A stretch of 64,000 bases of DNA from IMG/VR virus record IMGVR_UViG_3300035390_000014, positions 1 to 64,000 of that record, one strand, 5' to 3'. The notes beneath the pieces were generated by a model that saw only the letters and a program-made list of their open reading frames with translations, made no database searches and was not told the DNA's origin. Both the position numbers and the translations under genes were made by a program. The stretch comes from a virus. Taxonomy: Duplodnaviria > Caudoviricetes. Below, one piece after another: positions 1 through 9,470 of the stretch (the first letter of the stretch is position 1; each line of letters opens with the position of its first letter).

Positions 1-118
1 GTGCTAGTCTAACATCATCAGCACATAGCACTTGGTGATCATTCCTCAAAAACATATCAACATAAGTACTTTTTCCTGAACCAGCTAATCCCATCAAAAC
101 GATTAACTGTTTTTCCAT
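1..118 (-). CDS. Partial (5' end) P-loop kinase, AAA_33/polynucleotide-kinase-like; runs off the window
   Basis: Hand translation from ATG at 118 with an upstream AAGGAGAG RBS: MEKQLIVLMGLAGSGKSTYVDMFLRNDHQVLCADDVRLA. Contains Walker A GxxGxGKST and a DDxR motif typical of Pnk-like kinases. Not in the ORF track. Confidence 0.7.
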   Translation of the reverse strand, partial: MEKQLIVLMGLAGSGKSTYVDMFLRNDHQVLCADDVRLA

Positions 119-127
119 TTACTCTCC

Positions 128-3100
128 TTATCTTTTCAAACCTAATGCTGTAAGGTTTGCATTTAATAATTTAACAGACTCAGGAACAATTGAATCGACA
201 TGATCATCTTCTTCAAGTCTTCCTAAATCTGATTCCAATTGTTCTCTAATAAACTTGTTCTTAAGATCAATACAATCAGATTTAGTTGTTAGAAATTCTC
301 TTAAATTAAATTTGGCATTATGTCCAATCAATGCTGCTGTTTCCATTTCCCCACATCTTTGACCACCTTTATTTTTACGACCAGCTAAAGGTTGCAAAGT
401 CTTTCTTGCATATGATCCAATACCTCTTGCCGCTAACCTTGTCTCAGATATATGAACCATTTTAAAGAAATATCCATATCCACATGTTACTGAATTAACT
501 GGATAACTATTTGACTGAGGATCAAACACATGGTATGTAAATTGTGTATTTGTATAAGCTAATGCTTGTTTGGTCTTTTCCATATTAACTGATTCAAATG
601 GAGGTTGAATTATTGACATATTGTCTATCCATTCATCATCAATAATCAAGGGCATTTGCTCTTCAAACTGCTGATGATACCACCCAATTTCAGTATTATC
701 AATTATTTTTATATAACCAAGAACATAATCTTTCACAAGTATCTGAATTTGATCTTGAGATAATTCATGATTTATTACTGATTGATCTTCACCATGAATT
801 ATATGTTTCATTTGCTTCTTCAAATCAAATAAAGACATACCCATATGATATTCAAACAACTGACCTACATTCATTCGACCAATGGTTCCCAAAGGATTGA
901 CAATAATATCAGCATGTCTCCCATCAGGTAACATTGGCATTTTTTCATGAGGAATAATAGTAGAGATTACACCTTTGTTACCATGTCTGTTCCCAACTTT
1001 ATCCCCAATCTGAATTGGTCTAAAGAATATACCAAACATTTCAACTCTAATTCCTAATACCTCTTCACCTTTCTTTTTAAATTTTCCTGTATTACTGAAT
1101 AGATCAAGATTATTTGCCTTGATAAAAGGTTTAACCTGATCCTTCTCCAGATTTTCTTCGATGATAACTTTAATTTTTAATTCTTCATCCTGCTGTGAGT
1201 TGATAACACTTTCAACCCAATCATTATACTGAGGTATATCCACACACCATTGATTAACATATAGATTAACTTCTGTTATAATAACATCCTGTTTTGATAG
1301 AAGTTTTCTTTCTTCTTTAAATATATCAAAGAAGTCCATTTGATTATTCGGAAATTCTTTTAAAATTGCGTATGGAGTACCTTTAGCAATTCTATCTCCG
1401 ATTTTTGGTAAAGGTTTATAATCAGCATTTTTATCCAAAGATAATAACACTTTATTCATAGGGATATCAAAAGACATATCCTCAAAATGAACTGATGTAA
1501 ACAATCCTTCCTTCTGGACGCGGTCTGAGATGATAATTCCATCCTCATAATTGTATCCATAATAAACCATTACACAAGTTAAAAGGTTTTTGCCAATGTT
1601 TATACTTCCATCTTTACAAAAATTACTTTCTGCTAAGATTTCACCAGCTTTAAATTTATCACCTTGCTTCACATATATATTAAATACATCAAGATTTGAT
1701 ATATAAATTTTTCTATATGTGATATTAAATATTTCAATTGTCTTATCATCATATAAAGCTATTATATAATTACTATCAAGATGTATAACCTTTCCTGATT
1801 TTTTAGCAATTTTTACAAACTGAGTATACTTTGTATATAAATTTTCACAACCTGATTTAATCATAGGTTTGTCAAAATTTTGTAACATAATTGCCTGTCT
1901 CATTTGAGACGACGCCATTTGCAACCTAGTCTGATCATCATGTTCAAGGAATGGAACCATAGATACAGGAATTGAAATTGGTTGCTTTTCAAGAAATTCA
2001 TCAGTAAATCTTAAATTTTCATCCAGTGGAACATTTGGAATAAGATTTTGAAGAACTCCGCAGTTATCTCTATCTGGTGTATCAACAGGACATATTCTAC
2101 CAAACATACTTGGCATAATATCTCTTAAATGCTCAGGAACATTCTGTCTATTAAACCCACCAGGTCCAACCAAGCTTGTTCTGCTTAACTTAGTTGCTTC
2201 ATCAATAGGATTAATAGCAAAATCAAACTGAACAATATCTGATACATTACATTCGGATAATATTTGAGTTGAATTAACATTGAATTTTGGTTGTCTTGCT
2301 GTTCTATTGGACATACACATATCAAATACTGCTTTAGATATCTTTGCTAATACTACATATTCAAGACATCTAATTCTTTTATTCTTCAGATCAGTATCAT
2401 CAAGATCACCACCATTCAATGTATAAACAATTTCATCAATAATATTATCGGTTTGAAAGAATATTGTTGAAATAGGATCAACTTTCAATATTAAGTCAAG
2501 GGAATATATAATATCTTCACCCTTAACTCTAGCATTAAATTTTGAATAATTTCTTCCTATTTCTTTTATAATATCATCTTGAGTTAACCCTCTTGATTCA
2601 TCATAAAAACATTTTAAATCATAAATCAACTTTTCATACAAAGTTGATTCCGGTGTCATAATTGGCGCATCTACCATATCAGATAAACCAAATTTTTCAT
2701 TCATAACCTCAATCCCATAATAACCAAACATAATTAGAAATAATGGAACTTTTCTTCCTAAGATGCTAATATAAACATAAGGAGATTCTTTCTGAGGAAA
2801 TATCATAAGAGTTGCAACATTAGTTCTAATCTTGATACTCTTTCCTCTTGTAACAACAGGGATATCAAACAACTGAAATAGAGGTATTTTCTTCCTTCCA
2901 TTTATAACTATGTAATTGTCATCTACTAATGCCGGAATTTGCATAGATAAATCTATCTTTGCAGTTCCTTTTTGAAACCTGATTATCAAATTCTTTTTTA
3001 AGGTTTTACTTATCTCTCCGTTAGAAAATCTGGGTTCTTTTAATCTAAATTCCATCAATTCAAACCCTAATTCTTCTGCTGGGATCAGTATCTTTCTTAC

Positions 3101-3190
3101 GTTCTCCAAAAGAGCTGCATACTCTTGCTGTCGAATATTAAAGATATGATTATTTCCGCCAACTTTATATATCGGATTTTCTATAGCCAA
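128..3190 (-). CDS. rpoB: Multisubunit RNA polymerase beta-like subunit (RNAP-1, probably non-virion), unsplit
   Basis: Motifs GRICPVDTPDRDNCG, HDDQTRLQMASSQMRQA, GYNYEDGIIIS, GDKVGNRHGNKGVIS, GGQRCGEME. TTG start with an AAGGAG RBS. Confidence 0.95.
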   Translation of the reverse strand: MAIENPIYKVGGNNHIFNIRQQEYAALLENVRKILIPAEELGFELMEFRLKEPRFSNGEISKTLKKNLIIRFQKGTAKIDLSMQIPALVDDNYIVINGRKKIPLFQLFDIPVVTRGKSIKIRTNVATLMIFPQKESPYVYISILGRKVPLFLIMFGYYGIEVMNEKFGLSDMVDAPIMTPESTLYEKLIYDLKCFYDESRGLTQDDIIKEIGRNYSKFNARVKGEDIIYSLDLILKVDPISTIFFQTDNIIDEIVYTLNGGDLDDTDLKNKRIRCLEYVVLAKISKAVFDMCMSNRTARQPKFNVNSTQILSECNVSDIVQFDFAINPIDEATKLSRTSLVGPGGFNRQNVPEHLRDIMPSMFGRICPVDTPDRDNCGVLQNLIPNVPLDENLRFTDEFLEKQPISIPVSMVPFLEHDDQTRLQMASSQMRQAIMLQNFDKPMIKSGCENLYTKYTQFVKIAKKSGKVIHLDSNYIIALYDDKTIEIFNITYRKIYISNLDVFNIYVKQGDKFKAGEILAESNFCKDGSINIGKNLLTCVMVYYGYNYEDGIIISDRVQKEGLFTSVHFEDMSFDIPMNKVLLSLDKNADYKPLPKIGDRIAKGTPYAILKEFPNNQMDFFDIFKEERKLLSKQDVIITEVNLYVNQWCVDIPQYNDWVESVINSQQDEELKIKVIIEENLEKDQVKPFIKANNLDLFSNTGKFKKKGEEVLGIRVEMFGIFFRPIQIGDKVGNRHGNKGVISTIIPHEKMPMLPDGRHADIIVNPLGTIGRMNVGQLFEYHMGMSLFDLKKQMKHIIHGEDQSVINHELSQDQIQILVKDYVLGYIKIIDNTEIGWYHQQFEEQMPLIIDDEWIDNMSIIQPPFESVNMEKTKQALAYTNTQFTYHVFDPQSNSYPVNSVTCGYGYFFKMVHISETRLAARGIGSYARKTLQPLAGRKNKGGQRCGEMETAALIGHNAKFNLREFLTTKSDCIDLKNKFIREQLESDLGRLEEDDHVDSIVPESVKLLNANLTALGLKR

Positions 3191-3205
3191 AATGTTGTTC
3201 TCCTT

Positions 3206-5920
3206 TTAAATTTCTTCGCCGCATAAGATTTTATCCATAACTCCATGATATAAACCAGAATCAAGGACACCACGTATGATATGTTTCTTTGGATTTGAAA
3301 ATGCTAAACCCATCAACCAGCTTTCATTTGAGGGCACAGTTTGAACAGATAGGTATTTAGGAACTACATTTTCTCGACCCTCAACCAATCTCCATTTTTT
3401 ATTATTATACCACATCAATTGAGATACAACACATTCAAAATGTACATGATGAATTGTTCTACTAAGGTTATAACAAGTGTACAACTTGGCAACCAATTCT
3501 TCTGGTTTAGTTCCTTTAGGAAATTTATGCAAAAGTTTAGACACTGTTGATAAATCAGCAACAATATCATGCTGTTTCATATCCTCACCTTCACTTTCCT
3601 TATCCAAAACAGCAACACCAGATGTATGAAATGTACGTAAAACCAACTGAGTATTACATTCTCCAAGACTCTGAGCTGCAATAACTCCAACAAACTCAGA
3701 ATCCAACATCTCATACAATTCCCCATAACATTTGGTGCATATTTTAGGGTTCTTACAATATATTGGACTTCTAACTTCAACAATCTTTCCTACATAACCA
3801 AGATAGTTATACTCGGTCATTTTAATCAGAGTACCATCTTCTTTAAACCATTTTCCAATTAACATCTTTGCTTTCTTTTCATCATCAACAAATACAGAAA
3901 GTAAATCAGTTGTTCCACAATCCTCAGTGTCTTTATCAATTTGAAGATTAGCACAAGTGAATATTAATTTTCTTGAAAGGTATCCAGATGTTCCTGTGTT
4001 CAAAGCAACATCAAGTAACCCCTTTCTAGAACCATTGGTAGAATCAAAGAACTCTCTTGGTGTTAACCCATTGATAAAACTATGTTTAATGGGTCTTTCA
4101 ATAATCTCACCTCTAAAGTTTGAAATAAAACCTCTGGTTAAAACTATCTGTCTTACCTGATCCCAACTCCCTCTAGCACCAGATTCTATCATGTATGCGT
4201 ATTTAAAATGATCTCTAAGATACTGAGTTGTTTCTTCCTTAGATACCATATCAAGTTGTTCTCTAATATCATCGCCTTCATACAATGAATCTCTTTTCTC
4301 AAGTGACCCTTCAATGAAACAATCATCTAGTGCAAGAGTTGCCCCAAATAATGTTGAATATTTAAATCCAAGAAATTTAATTTTATCGAGAACAGCAGCA
4401 GTAATTTCATTTGAATATCTATTATTAACATCAGTTAAATAGTAATTAATTTCTTTACCACCAACTTCTTCATCAATTATATGATAGTCAGATGGAAAAC
4501 AATCATTCAATAACTTTCTATCAGCTTTAATTGTTGTCCCTTTATATTCAACATCATACTGTAGATCAGGAAATATTTTATGAGTAACAGCATAGATACC
4601 CAATATAACATCCTGACTTGGTGTAGTTGACAAACTTCCATTAGAAGGATTGGTAAGATTTCTTATAACCAACAATCTATCCAACACTTCTTGCTTTGCT
4701 TCTTCACTGATTGGAACATAAACAGCCATCTGATCCCCATCAAAATCTGCATTAAATGGAGGGCATGACAATGGATGTAGTTTAATAACTTTTTCTAAAG
4801 TAACTTTGGTTTTATATCCCAAAAGACTTAATCTATGTAATGAAGGCTGTCTGTTTAAAATACATACCTCATTTACAGCAATCTCTTCACATATATTAAA
4901 AAGAATTGGGTTGCCAACTTCAATACAATTATCAATAAAATCAATTGAATCATTAATTTTCTTAAATCTTCCAATCTCAATAATTTTCTTTGCGATTTTC
5001 AATTTAAATAATTCAAGAAACATCAAATAAGGTAATGCACAATATTCCATTTCTAATGTAGGATCAGGAACAATTACTGCTCTACCAGAAAAATCAATTC
5101 GTTTACCTAAAATATTACCACGAATCAATCCTTCTTTTTTAGACATTTTCTCAAGAATATAAGCATACAACTCTTGAATATCTTTTTGAAGCTGTCTGTA
5201 ATAATTGTAATATAAATTTCTATCAACTCTTATATCACATGGAGTTTCTCTCATTGCTTCTTTTTTAGTAAGTATTTGAGTATAGTATCTATTAATTTTA
5301 TCCGAAGATACTTGTCCTTTCTTACTAACTTTCTTTGATGCAGGCCTTAAATCAGGAGGTAATACAATAACCTGACCGATTATTAATTGATCTATATTTT
5401 CTTTAACAACTTCCCAAGAAGTATTTCCTATACCCAAACCATAATCAGCTAAATCTTCAATTAATATTTTAATTGCTTCAGTACCGACTAAAGCATTTCT
5501 ATCAATATTTTCAGGGTCTTGTTTTTCAACCCTCCATGATTCTTCTTCATCATCATATACTAAAATACTGTTTTCATCTTTCATCAATTGATCCAATGCA
5601 GTCTTTACTTGACGACCACCAAGATCAATTACAAGATCATAAAACAATGGGTTCACAACCGGGATTGGTAGAATAATTTTAGCAAATCTTTTTCTTCTCT
5701 CATTGCTATTAACAACATCAACTCCACAATCTGCACAGGTTCCACCAGAACCTGATATACCCCAATAGGTTCCACATTGACAAGTATAATTCTTTTCTGG
5801 ACCAAATATCTGCTCAGAAAATAATCCTGTCGCATGAGGCAACTTCTTGTCGTAGATCTTAGTTGTTGTGATTTCTTTTAAGTCTTCACAAAACTCGTCA
5901 AAATTTAATAATGTAGGCAT
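3206..5920 (-). CDS. rpoC: Multisubunit RNA polymerase beta'-like subunit (RNAP-1), unsplit
   Basis: Catalytic NADFDGDQMAV, N-terminal Zn finger (CQCG...CADCG), LGKRIDFSGRAVI, RQPSLHR, bridge helix TGTSGYLSRKL, trigger loop QLVLRTFHTSG. Confidence 0.95.
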   Translation of the reverse strand: MPTLLNFDEFCEDLKEITTTKIYDKKLPHATGLFSEQIFGPEKNYTCQCGTYWGISGSGGTCADCGVDVVNSNERRKRFAKIILPIPVVNPLFYDLVIDLGGRQVKTALDQLMKDENSILVYDDEEESWRVEKQDPENIDRNALVGTEAIKILIEDLADYGLGIGNTSWEVVKENIDQLIIGQVIVLPPDLRPASKKVSKKGQVSSDKINRYYTQILTKKEAMRETPCDIRVDRNLYYNYYRQLQKDIQELYAYILEKMSKKEGLIRGNILGKRIDFSGRAVIVPDPTLEMEYCALPYLMFLELFKLKIAKKIIEIGRFKKINDSIDFIDNCIEVGNPILFNICEEIAVNEVCILNRQPSLHRLSLLGYKTKVTLEKVIKLHPLSCPPFNADFDGDQMAVYVPISEEAKQEVLDRLLVIRNLTNPSNGSLSTTPSQDVILGIYAVTHKIFPDLQYDVEYKGTTIKADRKLLNDCFPSDYHIIDEEVGGKEINYYLTDVNNRYSNEITAAVLDKIKFLGFKYSTLFGATLALDDCFIEGSLEKRDSLYEGDDIREQLDMVSKEETTQYLRDHFKYAYMIESGARGSWDQVRQIVLTRGFISNFRGEIIERPIKHSFINGLTPREFFDSTNGSRKGLLDVALNTGTSGYLSRKLIFTCANLQIDKDTEDCGTTDLLSVFVDDEKKAKMLIGKWFKEDGTLIKMTEYNYLGYVGKIVEVRSPIYCKNPKICTKCYGELYEMLDSEFVGVIAAQSLGECNTQLVLRTFHTSGVAVLDKESEGEDMKQHDIVADLSTVSKLLHKFPKGTKPEELVAKLYTCYNLSRTIHHVHFECVVSQLMWYNNKKWRLVEGRENVVPKYLSVQTVPSNESWLMGLAFSNPKKHIIRGVLDSGLYHGVMDKILCGEEI

Positions 5921-5931
5921 TATTAATCCTT

Positions 5932-6291
5932 TTATTTAAAGGTTTTAATTACATACTCAGATATTGCAACTAAATGTGTCTTGATCTCCTTTGAAATTGA
6001 TAGTTTGAAATTAGGCATTAGCGCCAACATTGTTTGCCCAACTAGGTCTTTAAGGTCTTCTCCTTTAATAGATTCTTTAACTTCTTGGTTAAGTTCATGT
6101 ATATCATTTTCAAAAGTTTCTGTATTATCTTCAACATTAACTAGTCTATCATTTATGTCTTTAACATTTTTTTCTGTTTTAAGACACATATTTTTATAAG
6201 ATTCTATAGTTGGAAGAATTCTCATAATCTCCAATCTCTTATCAATCAATCCAATAAGTTCAATCTCCATCTCTTTACTAAATATAGCCAT
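5932..6291 (-). CDS. Hypothetical coiled-coil protein
   Basis: 119-aa ORF with heptad-like helical pattern, tightly packed in the operon. Confidence 0.6.
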   Translation of the reverse strand: MAIFSKEMEIELIGLIDKRLEIMRILPTIESYKNMCLKTEKNVKDINDRLVNVEDNTETFENDIHELNQEVKESIKGEDLKDLVGQTMLALMPNFKLSISKEIKTHLVAISEYVIKTFK

Positions 6292-6761
6292 TATATAATC
6301 TCCCTTGGTAATGGTGGCGATGTTTTTAAATGTTCACGTAATGGATAATGATGTGGATCATCCAATCCCCATTGAGATATCATATATTTTATATACTTAT
6401 TTGAATAAAATTTATAATTTGGCACACTGGAAGGATCATTCTGGTATTTTTCCATTAACTTATTGCTTATCAATTTTGTTCCTATAATACTATTTCCAGT
6501 ACAAAACCTAGAAAATTTAGGTGGGTTATTTATATCTATATTTTTTTCTCCTTCCCACCCCCAAGCATTTGGATGAAAACTATCTGCAATTATTATATCT
6601 TCTATAATATTATCCAATAAATTATTTACTATAACATAATACCTTTTTACATTATAGCTTGGATGATAATAAGTTATATCATAAGAGGTATGTTTAAATA
6701 TAATATTTTTTGGTATCACACCACCTTTTGATACATAATATTTTTTACCTTCTATCATCAC
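6291..6761 (-). CDS. Putative small E2/UBC-like (ubiquitin-conjugating-fold) protein
   Basis: FHPNA followed about 20 aa later by RFCTG resembles the UBC HPN...C signature with an inserted loop. Adjacent to E1, Ubl and JAB genes. Confidence 0.5.
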   Translation of the reverse strand: MMIEGKKYYVSKGGVIPKNIIFKHTSYDITYYHPSYNVKRYYVIVNNLLDNIIEDIIIADSFHPNAWGWEGEKNIDINNPPKFSRFCTGNSIIGTKLISNKLMEKYQNDPSSVPNYKFYSNKYIKYMISQWGLDDPHHYPLREHLKTSPPLPREII

Positions 6762-6769
6762 CCACTCCT

Positions 6770-7657
6770 TTATGCTGCTCCAGTATCAGGCAGTAATTCT
6801 AAATAAACTTGACTTGGATTTTCATCATTAACTTTAATTGTATAATATTCATTTAAAGGAACAATAGTACATACAATTTCAGATAATATTTTTACAGCAT
6901 TATTATAATGATCAATTTCATTTTTCTTTATGCATTGAATATTTCCTCCTACACATCCTTCTTGTCCAACAATAACTATCAAATCCTTAGTTTTATTAAG
7001 TTTAGTAATTTGAGGCAATGTTTCATGAAGATTTCTAATCTTATTATCACCTTTACAATATTCAAGAACCATATCAGGTTTATTATCAAATAATTCAATA
7101 GCTTTATTGGCTTGTTTCTTAACCAAATCAATTTCAGCTTGAAAAACTAATTGTCTTTCCATAAAATCAGTTAATATTTTTTTATCAATATATTGAGAAG
7201 CAATTGAAGATGCTATGGTTAATTCTGATAATGATAAATTATGTGAATATCTACCTGTTTGTTTAAATACAACTTTATGATATTTTTCACAGTCAATGAC
7301 TAATGTTTTATATGAAATATAAAATCTAACATCAATTTCACCACCACGACTGCAAATTTCATCTCTACAATCAACAATCAATTCACTTTCAGGAAGCCAA
7401 ATCTTTCCTTCTATATATTCAATAGGAAAGATTTTAGTTTTAATTAATGAGTTATTGTTATATATAATACGACTCATTGCCTCAACTTTAAACTTACCGA
7501 TATCATCTCTCTTATAAATAGAATTGCCAATATTTTTTGTTTCTATTATATCAGGGTCAATTAATATTAAATTTTCAATTCCTTTCATTTTAGAAATGTT
7601 ATCAGCAAAGAATCCTCCGAGTGATCCCAAACCAATTATTACGATGCTTTTATACAT
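6770..7657 (-). CDS. ThiF/MoeB/E1-like adenylation-fold protein, degenerate, with C-terminal extension
   Basis: IIGLGSLGG, LILIDPDIIETKNIGNS (the usual NxxRQ is replaced), DIGKFKVEAM, LIVDCRD. Confidence 0.8.
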   Translation of the reverse strand: MYKSIVIIGLGSLGGFFADNISKMKGIENLILIDPDIIETKNIGNSIYKRDDIGKFKVEAMSRIIYNNNSLIKTKIFPIEYIEGKIWLPESELIVDCRDEICSRGGEIDVRFYISYKTLVIDCEKYHKVVFKQTGRYSHNLSLSELTIASSIASQYIDKKILTDFMERQLVFQAEIDLVKKQANKAIELFDNKPDMVLEYCKGDNKIRNLHETLPQITKLNKTKDLIVIVGQEGCVGGNIQCIKKNEIDHYNNAVKILSEIVCTIVPLNEYYTIKVNDENPSQVYLELLPDTGAA

Positions 7658-7711
7658 TTCATTTTTAATCCTTTATGTTATAATAGTTTGTTTCTTAAAT
7701 CAATAATTACT

Positions 7712-8131
7712 TTATTCATTTATATATTCATTTATTTTTTGTAATGTATAATGCAACGAATGAATCTGTTTCATTATAGTTTGAGCTTTACCATAAATAG
7801 TTGGATCAGTTTCTTTGATAAGATTATGCATCAAATGAGAAAGTTTATGAGGTTTTAATTTATTATAAAGTTTATTCATCCCTGCAGTTAATTCACATGC
7901 AACAGTCTCATATTCAATAACATTTGGCGTATTTTGAATAAGTCTATGTGTCAAGAATAATAAATCATTAATATTATCCTCTTCCAAATGTGTAGAAGCT
8001 AAATATAAATCATTTTCATGTTTGTCTTGTAATTCTTTCAAATCAATTTTTATTAATTTAACTGGATTGCCCTCAATTTCAGCGATATAATAATCTTTTT
8101 CATCTTTTAATATTTTAATTTTCTGTTCCAT
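7712..8131 (-). CDS. Hypothetical protein
   Basis: 139-aa ORF with an AAGGAG RBS. Confidence 0.6.
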   Translation of the reverse strand: MEQKIKILKDEKDYYIAEIEGNPVKLIKIDLKELQDKHENDLYLASTHLEEDNINDLLFLTHRLIQNTPNVIEYETVACELTAGMNKLYNKLKPHKLSHLMHNLIKETDPTIYGKAQTIMKQIHSLHYTLQKINEYINE

Positions 8132-8144
8132 TATATCTCCTTTT

Positions 8145-8181
8145 AAATAAGGGGTAAGAATTAATCCCTACCCCTTATTTT
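8145..8181 (-). terminator. Intrinsic terminator-like hairpin downstream of the Ubl gene
   Basis: Minus strand reads GGGGTAGGGA-TTAA-TTCTTACCCC-TTATTT: a 10-bp stem with G-U wobbles plus a U-rich tail. Confidence 0.75.
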
Positions 8182-8196
8182 AATCAAATACTAATA

Positions 8197-8748
8197 CTAT
8201 CCTTTGGAACCAGCAGGTTTGATGAACTCAAGAACATCGCCTTCTTTAAGAACATAAGAAGAATCGATCTTGTTTCCAGAAACCTGACCCTCAGCAAGTC
8301 TATCAATATTCAGAACTTCCTTGAGGAATTCCTGAACTGCTCCAACTGTTTTACCCTGAACAGGAAAGTCAGCAGAGTTGGCACCACAAGAAACCTGAAT
8401 GGTTGTTGTGGTTTTGTCGCCTTTCTTTGCAGAAGGTTTAGTTAGAACACTTGACATTTTAAACTGAGCTGCAGTTACAGGTGCAGGAGGTTTAGAAGCC
8501 ACAGTTTGAGCAAGTTTCTGAGTATGGCTCATCCCAGGTTTAGTTGCAACAGGTTTAGTTGCAACAGGTTTAGACACAGATGCAGGACCATCAGCAGTAG
8601 CGGCAGAAGCAGCAAGAATTGCTTTAATTGTAATGTCTTTGGTCTTTTTGGAAAAACCAACAATTTTACGTGCTCTAACGATAGTTCTCAGTTCAGCAAC
8701 GGTCATGTCATTCAGAGTGTCATAAGTTTCGATTGTAGAATTAGTCAT
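8197..8748 (-). CDS. Ubiquitin-like (beta-grasp) protein with an N-terminal HEH/Rho-N-like domain and a low-complexity linker
   Basis: The C-terminal ~70 aa (TIQVSCGANSADFPVQGKTVGAVQEFLKEVLNI...YVLKEGDVLEFIKPAGSKG) fit a ThiS/MoaD/Ubl pattern ending in Gly. The N-terminal LNDMTVAELRTIVRARKIVGFSKKTKDITIKAIL resembles Rho-N/HEH/SAP motifs. Confidence 0.75.
   Translation of the reverse strand: MTNSTIETYDTLNDMTVAELRTIVRARKIVGFSKKTKDITIKAILAASAATADGPASVSKPVATKPVATKPGMSHTQKLAQTVASKPPAPVTAAQFKMSSVLTKPSAKKGDKTTTTIQVSCGANSADFPVQGKTVGAVQEFLKEVLNIDRLAEGQVSGNKIDSSYVLKEGDVLEFIKPAGSKG
8536..8574. repeat. 15-bp tandem repeat (aggtttagttgcaac, about 2.6 copies) encoding the KPVAT linker
   Basis: Visible directly; encodes KPVATKPVATKP in the Ubl linker. 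Confidence 0.85.
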
Positions 8749-8780
8749 TTTTAGTTCTCCTAATGTTTAATAAATTTAAT

Positions 8781-9458
8781 TTAGTTTTTAGAATTTCTTG
8801 TTTTCGCTAATGTAGCCATTGAAGTGATATCGAAATATACTTCGCCAAACCTTGTCACATCTTTTCCTTGATGAATTGCATAGAACATCCAACACATTAT
8901 TGTTGCAACAGTTAAATTTGTGAACAATAGCTGTGGCGCTGATTCAGATAGTTCTTCGCAACTCATATCTTCCGGAGATCGATCTTCTGGATATTCAATC
9001 TCTGGATGATATTCATCTAATGACGCTGTTACATTCTTCCCACCCTCCCTTTTATAAATCTGAGCGTTACCATCAGTGTATTCATTACCACCACTGATAA
9101 CAGTTATATCATTAAGTGTTGAACAATAATCAGAAATAACTTTTCTGGAAACATGATTGTCAACACATATAAAAACGATGGAATTTTCTGATATTAATGA
9201 TTTTATATTATCTTCATTAACAAATTCATTATAATCTTTAAAACCAACCTTTGAAAATTTGTGTTTAAGTTCTGTGCATTTAACAGTAGCCTTATCACCT
9301 AATCTTGCAAAAGTTTGTCTTTCACTATTTCGTGCTTCATAAAAATCTCCATCAACCAAACTAACAGATGCATTAATGTCTGAGTAGTTTAAATATCTGG
9401 ACAAATTATCACACAAAATAGATCCAACTCCACCTAACCCAATAATAACAATATTCAC
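8781..9458 (-). CDS. ThiF-family E1 (Ubl-activating) enzyme, PRTRC/Ub-system type
   Basis: IIGLGGVGS, LVDGDFYEARNSERQ, FICVDNHVSR, ISGGNE, and a C-terminal MSCEELSESAPQLLFTN carrying a candidate catalytic Cys. No CxxC Zn pairs. Confidence 0.88.
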   Translation of the reverse strand: MNIVIIGLGGVGSILCDNLSRYLNYSDINASVSLVDGDFYEARNSERQTFARLGDKATVKCTELKHKFSKVGFKDYNEFVNEDNIKSLISENSIVFICVDNHVSRKVISDYCSTLNDITVISGGNEYTDGNAQIYKREGGKNVTASLDEYHPEIEYPEDRSPEDMSCEELSESAPQLLFTNLTVATIMCWMFYAIHQGKDVTRFGEVYFDITSMATLAKTRNSKN

Positions 9459-9470
9459 AATAACAATCTC

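Noticed and set aside
128-5920. Interpreting the rpoB/rpoC pair as a cellular chromosome locus
   Set aside because: Gene order is beta' before beta, the subunits are reduced and divergent, there are no ribosomal-protein neighbours, and baseplate and other phage genes are on the same contig.
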